NCBI GenBank assembly: GCA_008632985.1
Contig: QPGO01000058.1
Span: 248,001-312,000, forward strand
Reading direction: 5' to 3'
Source of the DNA: Psammoneis japonica
Taxonomy: Eukaryota
DNA length: 64,000 nt
Under the pieces are notes generated by a model. The model saw only the letters and a list, made by a program, of their open reading frames with translations, ran no database searches and was not told the DNA's origin. Each line of letters begins with the position of its first letter. Position 1 is the stretch's first letter. This document shows, in pieces, positions 36,157-49,291 of the stretch. Both the position numbers and the translations under genes were made by a program.

Positions 36157-37045
36157 TTCTTTGTAACTTTTCTAGGATACTTTAATGGGAGTGTTGATTG
36201 GTCTCATGTCAGAGTTCCGGCGTCGACTAGCAGTTCACAATCGCGGCGCCATGGTGTCGCAACGACGTGTTGGAACTCGCCGGAACAAGAGTTTGTTCCC
36301 GCGCGTTCGTCCGTCGCTTCAAAGGACTGACTGAGTCAGAAGTTAGTCGTGAAGCGCGATCACACTTTCATGGACTTTATTTTGCTCGCGCTTTTTGCTG
36401 TTTCCCGGCATTATAAAGCCACACCAGAGCTGTTGTTGGTTCTTCCAGGCTCCTTTACATTCGTGAAAGATCACTCGTATTTATTTCAATCTTGGAGTTG
36501 AGTCAAGCACCATTTTTTCCTGCAGACACCTGGTGCTCTGTGGCGAGTGGCATCTATCTCCGAGAGGCTTACATGGCACAGATTTGACAAAAGATAATCA
36601 AAGCACTGTTGTATATGATCGAAAGCTATGGGCTTCAAGCTTGGTCGCGGGCATTTAGAGCTGAAGCAATGCGCCCAGTTCCAGGCAGGGGAAATCAATC
36701 GTGGTCCTGTTGCTTGGTGGTCCTTGTGACGTGTTCCCGAATAGGTACTCCGAATATTTTATACATACAAAGTCCAATACTCTAAACTTTTGATACGTAT
36801 TCAGATTTTAATAAGTTGAAATGCCATAAGTTTATTATCGTCACTGCAGCAATATAAGTTAGATTGTCCGTTCCATCAGGTCGTGCATGTGTATTGTTTC
36901 GCACCATCGTGCGACACGCGACGACTCCTCCTCAGCCTCCTCAAGACTTCCACAAAAAAGCAAGACTGCAATTCATCGCCGAGTTTTGTGTTTGTTCGTT
37001 GTTGTTCACTTCCACCACAAGTCGTGACCTGCATTGATCATCCTT

Positions 37046-39384
37046 ATGTCTGCCCATGGAGAGGAATACCCCTCAGAACTACACGAGACGACTGTAGCGT
37101 CGTGGAAAATTCCACAGCCAGAAATTGCCTACGCCGCGTCTGATTTTGCGGCAGGAGAAAACGACGCAAACGAAGGCAATCTGAATGCAAAAGACGACGA
37201 CGCGAACAAAAATGTCTTCTCCAAGAAGGGTCGATGGGCGTGTCTAGCTTGCGTTCTCATTTGCTTGCTCGCACTTGGATTGGGTCTCGGTCTTGGTTTG
37301 TCCAACAACAAGAGCAGCGGCGATGTTTCTTTAAACATTCGAAAATGCCTCAACGACGGAAGACCATGCTGCAATGGCCTCGAGTCGAATTGTAACCTTC
37401 GTGTCAACGAAATGGTCTTTCCTGCTACACACAATTCAATGAGTACTGCAGCTGAAGGCTTTACGGCTGCTAATCATTTTTTACCAATGGAGGTATGTCT
37501 TGTGTCTCGCGTTTTGCACTGATCATGAGTTTTCGCTTCAGAAGTAATCCTTACCGGCCGCTTTCGTTTTTTTCTCAGGATTCCCTTAAAGCTGGTTACC
37601 GCGCCTTGTTTCTGGATCTGTGTAGTTGTGGAGATAATAGCTTGACCTTGTGTCACGGGACTTGCAAGGCTGGCACAAGAGACCCAAAATCTGTTTTCCA
37701 AATCATTTTTGACTTTCTCAGAAGAAACCCGACCGAAGTAATCCTGGTGGAACTACAGGTGGGGCAACCCCCAGAACTCTTGTGGGATCTTTATGGCGTG
37801 ATGTCGAGTATTGATGGATTGGTGAATCAAACGTATGCGCATCCAGATAGAAGTACTCCGTGGCCGCTCATGGGGGAGCTCGTTGAGAGTAACACGGTGA
37901 GGACCACCAATCTGAAATGTGAAGTGATCAAAACACGTTCTTTTCTGTCGTCTTATATCAAACTTTTTCGCTCTTTTTATTACTTCATGCAGCGCCTCAT
38001 CATTTTTCAGCATGACGGTCCAAACTGCTTCAAAGGAGAGTGCCCGCCGGCTTTTCATAACTTTTACGGATACGCGTTTGAAACGCCGTTCGATTTGCAA
38101 GGAATGGAGGAAGTCTTGGACTATGACAACTCATGTGCAGTGACGCGTGGTGACACCAGGAATGACTTTTTCCTCTTGAACCACTTTTCGAACAACCGAT
38201 TCGGGCTACCTTCAGCTCAATTTTCTCGGGAACTCAACCAACAATCCTTTGTCGAAGAAAGGACCGCAGCATGCACAAAGCGTATCGGAAGATATCCAAA
38301 TATGATTTCTGTCGATTTTTGGTCCGAGGGCGATGTTCCCTTGGTGGCGCAGCTTCAAAGCGCAGAGCAGGGTGCAACGCTGTCGCCGTCGCTTGCACCG
38401 TCCATGGCATCGCAGGCTCCGAGCGCTGCCGAGGCTTCAATCCAACCACCCGCACCAGCGACGGAAGCTCCATCGGCAAGTGCACCCTCCACCAGTCCAA
38501 CGACCGAGGTCAATACAGAACCCTCACTCTCCCCATCGATATCTATTTCTGATTCATCGTCTCCGACAGCAGTGTTTGGAACTATTGCTCCATCCGTATC
38601 AGGCACTACTGACGACTCATCCTCATCTCCAACTTTGACGAATGTCATCACGGCGACGCCGTCAGTTTCTTCTACAACTGTTTCAGCCTCTCCGTCGGTT
38701 TCTTCTACAACTGTTTCAGCATCGCCGTCAGTTTCTTCTACAACTGTTTCGGCATCGCCATCATTACGAGAAACTTCCCCGGCCCCATCAATATCGAGTA
38801 GTGATGCACCCTCTCCTTTGACTGTGACAGCTTCTCCCTCGGTTGCATCGAGCCCGACCCCAACTTTTACGCCTTCACTTTCGTCGTCTTTGTCTCCAAC
38901 AGTCACGACTCCGCAAATTATAGAATCAACGTCTTCTCCAACAAACTCCCCAACGGCATTCAGTACCTTTGGAGAACAGGTGGTCCTACTAGAAACATGG
39001 TTCCAGTGCAGCGGGGATGATATCTGCCGAAATGAATACGATCAGGCCAATGATTGTTTTGGCATTGAAGGATTCTGTCCGGACGGCGAAACATGTTCGG
39101 TTCCTTGCTCGTTTGCCGGTATACAGTATTGCTACTACAGCGACGTTGACAGCTGCACTCAACCAGCCGTCCAGTGCGGTATTGGCGGTGCTGCCTGTCC
39201 CGACGGCGGCAAATGCGTTGAATGGACTTCATTTGAATGCGGCGCACGAGTGTGTAAAAACACAACCATTGATATTGATGCTGATGCTTGTCAGCCAGAC
39301 GCTGTCTGCAAGAATGATTCCGATTGTCCAGGCGACGAACAAATCTGCGTTAGCTACAACCAAAATTGTGGATTTGCCGTGTGA
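37046..39384 (+). CDS. PI-PLC X-domain-like phosphodiesterase with N-terminal TM anchor, Ser/Thr/Pro stalk and Cys-rich tail
   Basis: FPATHNS, LKAGYRALFLD, LCHG, FLRRNPTEVI, LLNHF and PNMISVDFW. TM segment LGLGLGLGL. Two introns (~37493-37579, ~37897-37992). Confidence 0.85.
38655..38763 (+). repeat. 33-bp coding tandem repeat x3 (PSVSSTTVSAS)
   Basis: ccgtc(a/g)gtttcttctacaactgtttc repeated three times. Confidence 0.9.
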
Positions 39385-39580
39385 GGCAACGATTAGGAGA
39401 GTCAGGTCAAGACGCAAGAGATACTAGGCGGGTCTCCGAGCGCAATCGCGGTCCTTCGCTGCTCGAGGATTTTAGAATACATCATACTGTAGAGATATTA
39501 TTTAGTTGCGCTATATTTATTCACTCTCTCCTAACGCAGTAGTACAATCAATTCCTACCCGAATTGTCTCAGACTTAATT

Positions 39581-40318
39581 TCACATTCCCGACTCGTCAA
39601 GATTTTTCACTGCATCAACGCGACGCCTCTCCTGGACAGCAATGACTTCCCTTCGGACCACGCAAACTTCTGGCATTGTTGAGTCGCTTCCAGCTAACCT
39701 TTCGGTCAACCACGTTGTTGCTCCTTCCAAGTCAATTCCACTGGTGGCATCAGTCGTACTCCAAATAACGGCGTCTCTACGAGCCGTACGCCATTTCATC
39801 AATCGGGGCAAATTCAGCCAGAAACAACCGGGGAATGAAAAGCCTGGCTTCTCGTCGCTATCTTGTTCCTCCTCATCCACCGCTTCTTCTTCGATTGCAT
39901 AGTATGCTTCGTAGTTGGGAATTTCCACGCTATGTTTCGGCATGATCGAAACCGTTGAAGCATTGCGCTTCATCAATTGGGGCAAATTCAGCAAGAAACA
40001 ACCGGGGGATGAAAAGCATGGCTTCTCGTCGCTATCCTCTTCTTGTTCCTCCTCCGCTTCTACTTCGACTGCATAGTGTGCTTCGTAGTTGGGCATTTCC
40101 ACGCTAGCTTTCGGCATGTTCGAAACAACTGAAGCGTGACGCTTGCGAATCAAATGGCCAAACAAATCTCGCACGCAAGGATCAAGATGGAATGGAAAAT
40201 CGCGGGCCCGGCGCTCAATGTTCTTTTCGATCGCTTGTTTCTCGTGTTGGACATAGCCCAATCCCAACAACCCATCTTCGGGGGAGATGTTGGCCTCCCA
40301 ATCATGTCGGTAGTTCAT
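39581..40318 (-). CDS. Hypothetical protein with a duplicated ~58-aa acidic module
   Basis: KRxASxVSxMPKxSVExPNYEAxYA...DSDEKPxFSxPGCFxLNLPxLM occurs twice. Confidence 0.65.
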   Translation of the reverse strand: MNYRHDWEANISPEDGLLGLGYVQHEKQAIEKNIERRARDFPFHLDPCVRDLFGHLIRKRHASVVSNMPKASVEMPNYEAHYAVEVEAEEEQEEDSDEKPCFSSPGCFLLNLPQLMKRNASTVSIMPKHSVEIPNYEAYYAIEEEAVDEEEQDSDEKPGFSFPGCFWLNLPRLMKWRTARRDAVIWSTTDATSGIDLEGATTWLTERLAGSDSTMPEVCVVRREVIAVQERRRVDAVKNLDESGM

Positions 40319-40642
40319 GGTCGCGATGCTTTGCTTGTTGTGAGGTGAAGCAAACGGAAAGATGAGTGAACTCAACCGTAGATTTTGTTCCAGTACGATT
40401 GACCGTACATTTCTACGTAGATTGTAACGGCAGAATGCATTCAAACAAAAGTGGGACCAACTCCCATCTTGACGCGCATTGGGATTCTGAATGATCAGCT
40501 AACTATTGAAGCTACGCCTCTGGACGAATTCTCAATGCCTACCGTACTGTGCAAAATGCCGACATCGTGATAAGGATAAGTTCAGTAATTGCATTCAATT
40601 TAAACATAAGATTCGCCTTTCTACCCACCTGTAGTTTTTGCT

Positions 40643-41722
40643 TCATCCTTCATAGCGCTGAAAGTTCTCGTAACCACGCTGTTTCTTTACTGAATTATCA
40701 CGTTTCGCCCACTCTCCTTTTGTTTTCCGTTGCGACCGCTCTGGCTTCGGGATCCGAGCCTTGCCCCGTTTCTGTTTCTTCTCTCCACTGGCCTTTGCAA
40801 TTTTCGCAACGCTCTCTTGACTAAATGTCAGTATCATCTTGTCAGAAGCGCCGGTATAGTCTAGCAAATCGTCAATCATAACGTCACTTTCCGCTTCGGA
40901 CAACACATCACTCTGGACTTCCCCGCCGATAATGTACAACAGCTTGCTGTCGCTGTTCTTTTTGAGCAAGTCCGAAGTCCAAAAACAAAACTTGGGTAAA
41001 AATGCTACACTTCGCCCAACACACACATCATAGGCTTTCTTGTGTAGGTGTCCCTCCGTTTCATTGTCAATCAATTCTTCTGCTCGTCCATGATGAGTTT
41101 CCACATTTTTCAAATCCAAGTCTTCCGCCATGGCTTTTACAGCCTTGATCTTTTTCCCAACGCTATCCACCAACATGAAATGAGTATTTGGATATGCAAT
41201 TGCCAATGGCAAACCAGGAAAGCCACCTCCTGTGCCGACATCAATAATTCGTTTCCCCTCTGATTGTAGTAATTGCGGCAAGGCTGCCATGGCTACGGAC
41301 GGCAGTACGTGCCGACCAAACACAACTTCCCTGGTACAGTCCTTTCGACTGATTAGGTTAATCTTTTCGTTCCACTCCACCACAAGAGAAGATAAACTAC
41401 AGAGTTGCTCGTGTTGTTGTGACGTGAGACCTAATCGAGATGTAACAATGTCTCGTGCTGTCTCGCTTTCGGGGTCCATGGAGAAATTGACAGACGTCGT
41501 CGATGACGATTCTTGAAATGATGAATCATTGTGATACTCTGCTCCAAGTTGTGTGCTTGTACTTGTTCTTAGCCATGCCTGAAAGGAAACATTATTACTT
41601 CCCCGAGGGCAGCGCCGAAGAACAAAAGCAGCAGCGGTAGAAGAAGTTGCCAGAAGCGAGATCATCGACACGATGATTTTTCGAAACGTACAAGAAGTAC
41701 TTAGCCACGATCGACAGGTCAT
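40643..41722 (-). CDS. rsmG: Ribosomal RNA small subunit methyltransferase G (RsmG/GidB), probably plastid-targeted
   Basis: WNEKINLIS, RHVLPS, IDVGTGGGFPGLPLAI, LVDSVGKKI and GRAEE. TAAA-FV presequence. Confidence 0.93.
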   Translation of the reverse strand: MTCRSWLSTSCTFRKIIVSMISLLATSSTAAAFVLRRCPRGSNNVSFQAWLRTSTSTQLGAEYHNDSSFQESSSTTSVNFSMDPESETARDIVTSRLGLTSQQHEQLCSLSSLVVEWNEKINLISRKDCTREVVFGRHVLPSVAMAALPQLLQSEGKRIIDVGTGGGFPGLPLAIAYPNTHFMLVDSVGKKIKAVKAMAEDLDLKNVETHHGRAEELIDNETEGHLHKKAYDVCVGRSVAFLPKFCFWTSDLLKKNSDSKLLYIIGGEVQSDVLSEAESDVMIDDLLDYTGASDKMILTFSQESVAKIAKASGEKKQKRGKARIPKPERSQRKTKGEWAKRDNSVKKQRGYENFQRYEG

Positions 41723-42469
41723 TTATGAAAAGAATCAGCAGAGAACGGCAGCTAATCTATGGGTTTCGGTATGGGCCTATGGATTTGGTCAAAGTGCTGC
41801 TGATGATGGATGAGTTGGGGTTTGGAGTGTGAGTGATGGATGATGTGTGATGTGGATGGATGAGAGGTCGGAGGCAGTTTGCGCGCCTCATCGCGCGTTT
41901 CACCATGCTTCTTTGTTGGCGCTGTGTTGCCGTTACCGCTTCGTTTGCTTTCCATGGGGCAAGAGCAATGAGCACTTGCGGAAACAACGAAGCGACAAAT
42001 CTATTAACATTATTATTGCGAGTCGTTTGTTTGGGTTGATTTCATTGTCAACGAGGAAGAGGCGAACGGAGACGGAGACCGGTGCAACTTGACACGCGAC
42101 GCGAGAGCTAATGCCGATGGTGTACGGACGATGGCGAGCTCGAACAGATTCTCCCATATTTTGCCGCCAAAATGACTGGAGTGCCCTACTAGTAGCTACT
42201 TGACGGCATTCACGAGAAAAAATGAGAGTTCTCTTATCGTGCAAACCAATGAGTGCAAACCTCCCCCTGCTTGAGGCCTCGAAGCACGTTTCGTTTTCGA
42301 GTCGTGAATACGATTGGTTGGATTTTGTACGCGTTCTCAGTACTGATTTCTCGTGGACCAGCTTGGCTATCACAAGGGCGACAGATTTCATTCACAAAGC
42401 AATCACTTTTTGCTGATCGCTCCACGCTCAAAGGCAGAGAGAGACTTTTGGCGTTGTCGACAAGTGACA

Positions 42470-44685
42470 ATGAACCCTGTGCTTTCGGTCCGTGAGTTTG
42501 CCTCGGCTCGTCGCGGTTCAAGTGAGTTGCAACGAGTAGCTCGAATTTCACGCCAACCAGCGAGTGCGCTTCCTGATTTCTACTACGATGACAACTGCTC
42601 ACCTCCGGAGGTATCGACGAAAGCGACCTTCAAGAGCGAGAAGCGAATAGTTCACCCCCGCCACGACGAAGACGCTCTTCTTGAACTAACCCGTCAGGCC
42701 GATGAGCTCTGGGCCGTGGCTCAAGAGGCGTTGGGAGAAGAGGGCGACGACTTTGTTGTGAAGGACCCCACTCCCGACAAGACCGACTTGATCAACCGCC
42801 CTGAGGACTCTATCAAGGCTTCACCCGTTCGCCTAGGTCGTCGTAATGCGAGTGCACTGCCAGAATTCATTCTCCCTCACGAGGAACTCGCGACGCTTGC
42901 GCAAGAGGCGTTGGGCAACGACGACTTGTTTCTGCAGCATTATTTCCTCGCGGATATCTGCAAGGGACTATTCCAGGAAGAAGAGACACCAAGCTCACTT
43001 GGAATGGAAAGTCGAGCTTCTACGACGTCTTCTTCTTCTGGAGACGAAATCAAGAGACGATTTTTCGCGGACGACACCGATGAGCTGTGGGCCTTGGCTC
43101 AAGAGGCTTTGGGAGAAGAGGGCGACGACGTCGTTGTGAAGGAACCCACTCCCGACAAGACCGACATGATCAACCCTCCTGATGATTGTAACAAGGTTGT
43201 ACCCTTTCGCCTAGGTCGTCGTGGTACGAGTGCACTTCCAGAATTGATTCTCCCTCGCGAGGAACTCGCGTCGCTTGCACAAGAGGCGTTGGGCAACGAC
43301 GACGACTTGTTTCTGCCGCGTTATTTCCTCGAGGAGATCTGCAAGGTACTACTCCAGGAAGAAGAATCAGCGAAGCCAAGCTCACGTGGAATGGAAAGTC
43401 GAGCTTCTACGACGTCTTCTTCTTCTTCTGGAGACGAAGTCAAGAGACGATTGTTCGCGGACGACGCCGATGAGCTGCTGGCCTTGGCCCAAGAGGCGTT
43501 GAGAGAAGAGGGCGAAGGCTTCGTTGTGGAGGACCCCACTCCCGACAAAACCGACATGATCAACCCCCCTGAGGATTGTAACAATGCTTCACCCTTTCGC
43601 CTAGGTCGTCGTGAAACGAGTGCACTTCCAGAATTGATTCTCCCTCACGAGGAACTCGCGTCGCTTGCGCAAGAGGCGTTGGGCAACGACGACTTGTATC
43701 TGCAGCACTCTTTCCTCGAGAAGATCTGCATGGGACTACTCGAGGAAGAAGAATCAGAGACACCAGACACACCAAGCTCACTTGGAATGGAAAGTCGAGC
43801 TTCTACGGTGTCATCTTCTTCTTTTTCTTTTGGAGACGACTCCAAGAGACGATTTTTCGCGGGCGACGACGACAATGTTGCGTCTAAATTCAAGAAGTTG
43901 GTTTTCGTTTCGGACAAAACAACCGATAAAGCCGAGTCGTTGAACAACTCTATCAAGCCCGCTCTTCAAGCACTTTCGAAGCGACTACCGCTTTTTGAAA
44001 TGGTTGCATCGTCGTCCCGGACATTTGCCGATTCAAGGAGTGCGCGCTCTTTCCCCCTACCAACGACTCTGACTCGCTTCAAGGAACCAAAGCCCAAAGC
44101 TCTTAGCGAGTTGATTCTTCCCGAGCACTCGTCCGTATTGACGGGTTACGAAGCAGACGAAGAAAGTGCGAGTGGCGAAGAGTTCTCGCTGCAAAACGTG
44201 TCCGGGCACCTGAGTGATTCAAGTCTTCGACGTGCAATCAACGATTCCCATCTTGAGGAGTTCTCACCGTTTTCACTCTTGTCGGAGGGCGAGATCGTCC
44301 AAGCTCAAATGATTCATACAATTCGAGAACATGCGGAGACGGAGAAAATGTCAAGTGCGCCGAAAGTACCGGATGAGATTGTAATAGTAGGATCAGCTGG
44401 GCAGATTGAGGCGGATTGTAACTCGTCGCTAGCGGCTTGTCCCAATCTTTCAATATTCAAACCCGTGCTATTCCAACCTGGGGTTGTTGTTCCACGCTTT
44501 CTTCATGTTCGGTCACAGAGGACTGCGATGGAAGCGAACAACAGACGAAATACCACGATTATTCGTTGACGTGGGGCGACTACTGGCCGGGCTGTCAAGA
44601 AGAACTAAACAGTGAGGACGCGGAGGATGACGCCGATGATGCAAGCTTTCAGTCCCTTCCGGAGGAAGATCCTGAGCATTTGTAG
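42470..44685 (+). CDS. Acidic hypothetical protein with three tandem ~125-130-aa repeats
   Basis: Long ORF. Unit DELWALAQEALGEEGD...RLGRRxxSALPELILP...GMESRAS...KRRFFA at ~42697, ~43076 and ~43466. Possible frameshift near 44500. Confidence 0.7.
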
Positions 44686-44869
44686 AACTAAGCAAAATGT
44701 CAATTTTTCAGGGCGCGATCTGATGGTTTGTATCCCGACGGCGTCAGTCGTCTAGAGATTGCCCTTGTTTGTGAGAAACTGTGAATTTGTACCATGTAAC
44801 GAAAATAGTAATAACATGTTGAAGAGTCTTCCACTTTAAGTAACGAAACCGGTGCCGTTCTAACTTACT

Positions 44870-46248
44870 TTACATGTCCCTCGCATAACTGCCCCATACA
44901 TCGACCAAATATTTCTTGACCTCGTCGTAAAACACATGCTCTATGGATTGTCTCACAATCAGTTTTATATCCTCTTCATCAAGATCCCAGGCCAAGGCCA
45001 ATAGAAGTAACTCTTGCGTAGAGTCAGTGTTGAAGACACCCGAGTCGTCTGTCGATACGCTAAAGGGATGCTTCTTTTTCAACCAGTGCTTCAGCTGTGG
45101 ATGACGTTTCAGGCCGTGAACCAAATCGCCGTCCACGTGTGTCGCCAATTCCAGAGTCATAACATTGCTAGTAGGACAGCACTCGACTGGTATTTTAGCC
45201 TTTTCCAACTTGGCATTCAGTGAAGGCGGCAAGAGTAGGGCATGCCCCACTCGATCTGGTCGAAAGTTCAGGATGGCTTCGTTTTCCTTGTACGCATTGA
45301 TATGCTCGGGTGTTTTGCTTTCCGCCAGCTCATAACAGGGTAGTTCTCCTAAAATGAATCATCATACACACGCGCGTTACGGTGGTGAGTCGATAAATAA
45401 TAGACAGTGCTGGTCAATGTCAACCGAACACACGCAAACGCACCTGAATGAACCGTCACCCGTAGTCCCGCCTCTCGCGCCAGCTGTAAGGCTGGCTGAA
45501 AGTCCGAAAAATCATTCTGAATGTTTCGATATGAAAAACAATAAAGAATAAGTCCTAAAGCAAGAAACCCATGTTTGGTACAGTAATGAATCCAACTACG
45601 ACACACTCACCTTTTGAGGGTTGCCACCGAGGTCAACACCAACAACATGCCGGTAACTGTCTTCGAACAAATCAATAGCGAGTTTGACATTCTCCATAGC
45701 CTCTTCAACTGTACCAGATCGATCAATTGACACAATAAAACGCACTGTTATTGGTAGTGATCTGTCGCCTTTGGTAAAGTTTGTTTGTTGTTCATAGGAA
45801 TCCATTACTTCCAAAATCGTTTCTACATAGTCACGCTTTGTCGCAAGTTTCGTGCCTTTGTTCTTGTGAGTCCACAGCAGACGTTTCGGTGTGGACCGTA
45901 GCTCTAAATACATGACATTGTGTTCTTCAAAGTCTTCAAGAGCTTCATAAGTGATGCGGCGGAGCGCCTGTATATCGTTGACGCAGCCGGGATCTCTGCA
46001 AACATTTCAAAGCAGTCGCGAAGCGATCTTGGTTTGGTATTGTACAACATGCAAGCAGACGTCTTTGAGTGTGGTATTGTGGAAACATCGAAATGATGAC
46101 TAGGCAATGTCACGTTCCGTTCTGCTGCCAGTTCAGACAAAGTTTGTTCCCTAATGCAGCCATTCAGGTGAGCGTGCAATTCTATCTTTGGAAACCGCTT
46201 TATAAACACATGCAACCTGTTCTCCTTTTCTTCTGACGTCTCCATCAT
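44870..46248 (-). CDS. Adenosine deaminase-like protein (ADAL / N6-methyl-AMP deaminase family)
   Basis: KIELHAHLNG, YLELRSTPK, GVDLGGNP, VTVHSGE, RVGHA, VECCPTSN and STDDSGVF. Two introns (~45350-45443, ~45545-45610) and frameshifts near 45900-45990. Confidence 0.9.
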
Positions 46249-46499
46249 GAGTGATTGCGTTAAAGGTCTTGGAACTTGCTGCCTGTGTATTGAACCAGTG
46301 CGGTCGCCAGCAAACAGCAGCAGCAGAGGAGTCGTCGGCACTTTCATCGGCCGCCACCAGCAGTGCGGCCATTGCGTGACGGGTCGTGACGGTCGCGAGC
46401 TCTGCGTTTGATTGAAAAATTAAATCCAGCTGTAGCTCGTGGTGGGAGGGGCGAAGGCAGGGAAGAAGGCATCTCTTGATCAACAGTCATTAAAGTTGT

Positions 46500-48830
46500 G
46501 TCTTGTACATTGTTCAATGCAAATTGAGGTCCACTCCAACCACAACTCAAAGGAAGCTGCATTTGAGAGAGCCACATGCCTTGTTCATCATCAACAACAT
46601 TGAAAGTCAGGGCGGCCACAACCTCCCCTCCTGTGTGCTCCTCAAGTCAAAAAGACAAGAGAACAAGAGTGCCGGCCGGTTTTGTGGCTCAAGTCAAACC
46701 AAAGAATCAGCTGCCATTTTTTATTCAACCACCATGACAATTTGTCAAACACTGTGAATTCTGGGTGACTCGTGCTGTCTCTTGCTTTTTTTGCGCGATT
46801 GCTCCGACCTGTGTGCCCCGCTCTTTCTTGTGTGTTTGTTGCTTCTGGCAGGGGCATGCAGCACAAGCAAAAACAAAGCAAAAAGTGCAGTGCTCTTCCC
46901 ATTGGCTCAACCAGAAAATGCAGCAGTGTTGAAGCATTCCCCACAAGCAAGCTCTCAGCTGGGTGGCTGCTGGAAATGCCCCGCCCCCCTTTGCTGGCTG
47001 TGCCAACAGCAAAGCGATGTCCCACTTGAGATTTGATTTGGGCCTTTGATGATCACACAATGGCCTGCCTCCAGCAACAATGGGAGTGCTTGATGTGGAA
47101 GGAAGATTGGAAAAACAGTGAGTGCATGGACAAATCCAGGAAAGCAGTCGTTGTCATGCCGTGGTTGGGTGCATCATGTCAAAGGGCCCGACTTCAACCT
47201 TTGAAAAGCAGCACAGCACAAGTTCAGCAAGTTGTGCGTGGGTTGGCATTTGGTGGCCAATCTCATCTGCTCTGCAAGAATGCAACAGACATCAAGGACA
47301 AATTGCAGCATCCTTCTCAGGAGCACATGGAGGAGCCCAAGTGTGACACTCTGATTTCTTGCACCACATTTTGCGCCATTTGCAAGATGATGGGTGCTGA
47401 CGTTGCAAGTGCATGTGGACAGTTGATTGCTGCCAGAACAAGGAGGGTGCAATGACTGTCCCTGACATTGAGGACAGTGCTGCTCCTCCTTGTCCCACCA
47501 CTGCCAGCCAGATTCGAAGAAGCAATCCACAGCCAGAGAGTCAATGTCCAAAGAAGAAGGCAAAGATGTGGCATGAGCAAGGAACTTGGAACATCTTGGT
47601 GGCCTTGTTTGCCCCCCAACAGTGGCAACAGTGTTGCCTGCACTTAGTCTGTTGTTTGTTCTGTTCCTTCACCTTCTTTGAGACACAAAAAAGAGATCCT
47701 GTGCATTGACAAAGAATCTCATTGCATTGCTTGGTTGCTTTGGACCGATGACCTTTCTGTGTCACCAAACCATCTCTGATCCTCACTGGCTCCAAGACTT
47801 CACTGACAGCAACTGCGAATCTTGGCATGGACGTGCTCAATCGTTGCACCCTGTTTCCTTGGAGAGCGGTGCCTCCGCCCAGCAGCATGGCAATTCGAGA
47901 GTGATCTCAAAATGTTTGCTCAACTTGCTGTTCATCGTGTGGGTTTCTTTGCCCTGTGCGTGATTTGCGTGCACTCTGCTGAAGTTGTCATCCTCAAGAT
48001 CTGCATCATGATTTTGACTGCCTGGACCTTGGAACTTGGAATGCCCCCGGTTCGCGTCATTTTTGGCCGTCCGATGTTTCGATGCCTGCATTGCGACTCT
48101 GGCAAATGACAAGGACAAAAGGGTGAAGTGCTGCTCGTGCCGACTGCTTGTCAACGCCGCACTGCCCGCGTGCATCGTGCTCCACAGCGTTTTGTTTCGC
48201 GAATTTGGGAGGCCTGCGTCTCACTGGTGCTTGTTGTGTGTGGCGTTCAGAGAGGAGCCGCCAGTGGGGCACATGCCGCCGCTTTCACAACGACCGAAAT
48301 TTTGGTTGCCTTTCTAGCGACCCTTCAATTTCATGCTGGGAGGACACTGGTTGGTCTTTGTCACCGGAGACATGTCCAAATGTGCAGCAATGGATGACCC
48401 TGATCTTCAAGCCGGGGCGCGAACAGCGCATCAGGCGACATGGCTGGCTTTCTAGCCTCTTCAAGAGTGTTTTGATTCGGAACACACACAGCTCTCTCTT
48501 CGGCCGCGTGGCAACTGCCACAGAGGTGCGTTTGTGCAAAGAAATCACAAGGAGTCCAAAGGCATCACGTCATGTACAAGTCAATCAGCCCTCGTAAGAA
48601 TTTGGCTGCTCGGAGGTGAGCGGACGCAAACGAATTAGCCCAAAAGCATCACATGTCAAAACCAATCAGCCGCTTGGAACTCGCATGCTTCCATGCCCAA
48701 ATTGTCACAATTTTTGATTCTCTCCAAATTGCAAGCCTTGTGTTTGGTCATCACTGCTTCCACTGCTGCTGGTTCGGACGCCAAGAAGAAAGAGGATGCG
48801 CCTTTCCTGTGAGCGAGCCCAAGAAGGACG
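46500..48830. mobile_element. Degenerate TpA-depleted probable transposon remnant(s), family not identified
   Basis: Almost no TA over ~2.3 kb. CpG is partly retained in 47800-48550. No recognisable protein. Confidence 0.5.
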
Positions 48831-49291
48831 ACAAGGCACAGGTGGTTCCAAGAAGGACGACACGGTGCAGGCATTAAGACGGTTTCGAAAGATGCGGAGA
48901 CGAGCCGAAAGCTCCCGAGGAAAACGACAAGGAAGAAACCGACGAGGAAATCGTGACGAGCCATACAAAACGAGAAACCCATGAAAACTTGTAACTTCTC
49001 TCCCTAAACAAGTCGAGAGGAGTGTAATTAAGTGGTCAAAGCACTTTGTTATGTGAAATGTCCAAGTTTCCATCGTCCGGGAGAGGGTTCAAGTTGGCGA
49101 ACCGACTTTGGCGATTTGTGTAGAAAACATGCTAAGCTCTACGTACATAGAATCTGGCCCACTTTTGTACCCGTACCACCTTAAAAAAAACTTTTCTCGC
49201 TGATGGCTCCCGCTGTCCATGACGATGCACGATGCCACGGACAGCGGTAGTTATGTGAGCTGCAATTACAGCTAAGCCTGTGTTGCGTAGC

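Noticed and set aside
44870..46248. Adenosine deaminase-like gene beside a TA-depleted block as the cause of the A->G changes
   Set aside because: ADAL/ADA-fold enzymes act on free nucleotides or nucleosides, not DNA, and are widespread housekeeping genes. Adjacency is not evidence in a eukaryote.
46500..48580. cttgtacat / atgtacaag as TIRs of the 46.5-48.6 kb block
   Set aside because: Only 9 bp, no extension and no TSD seen.
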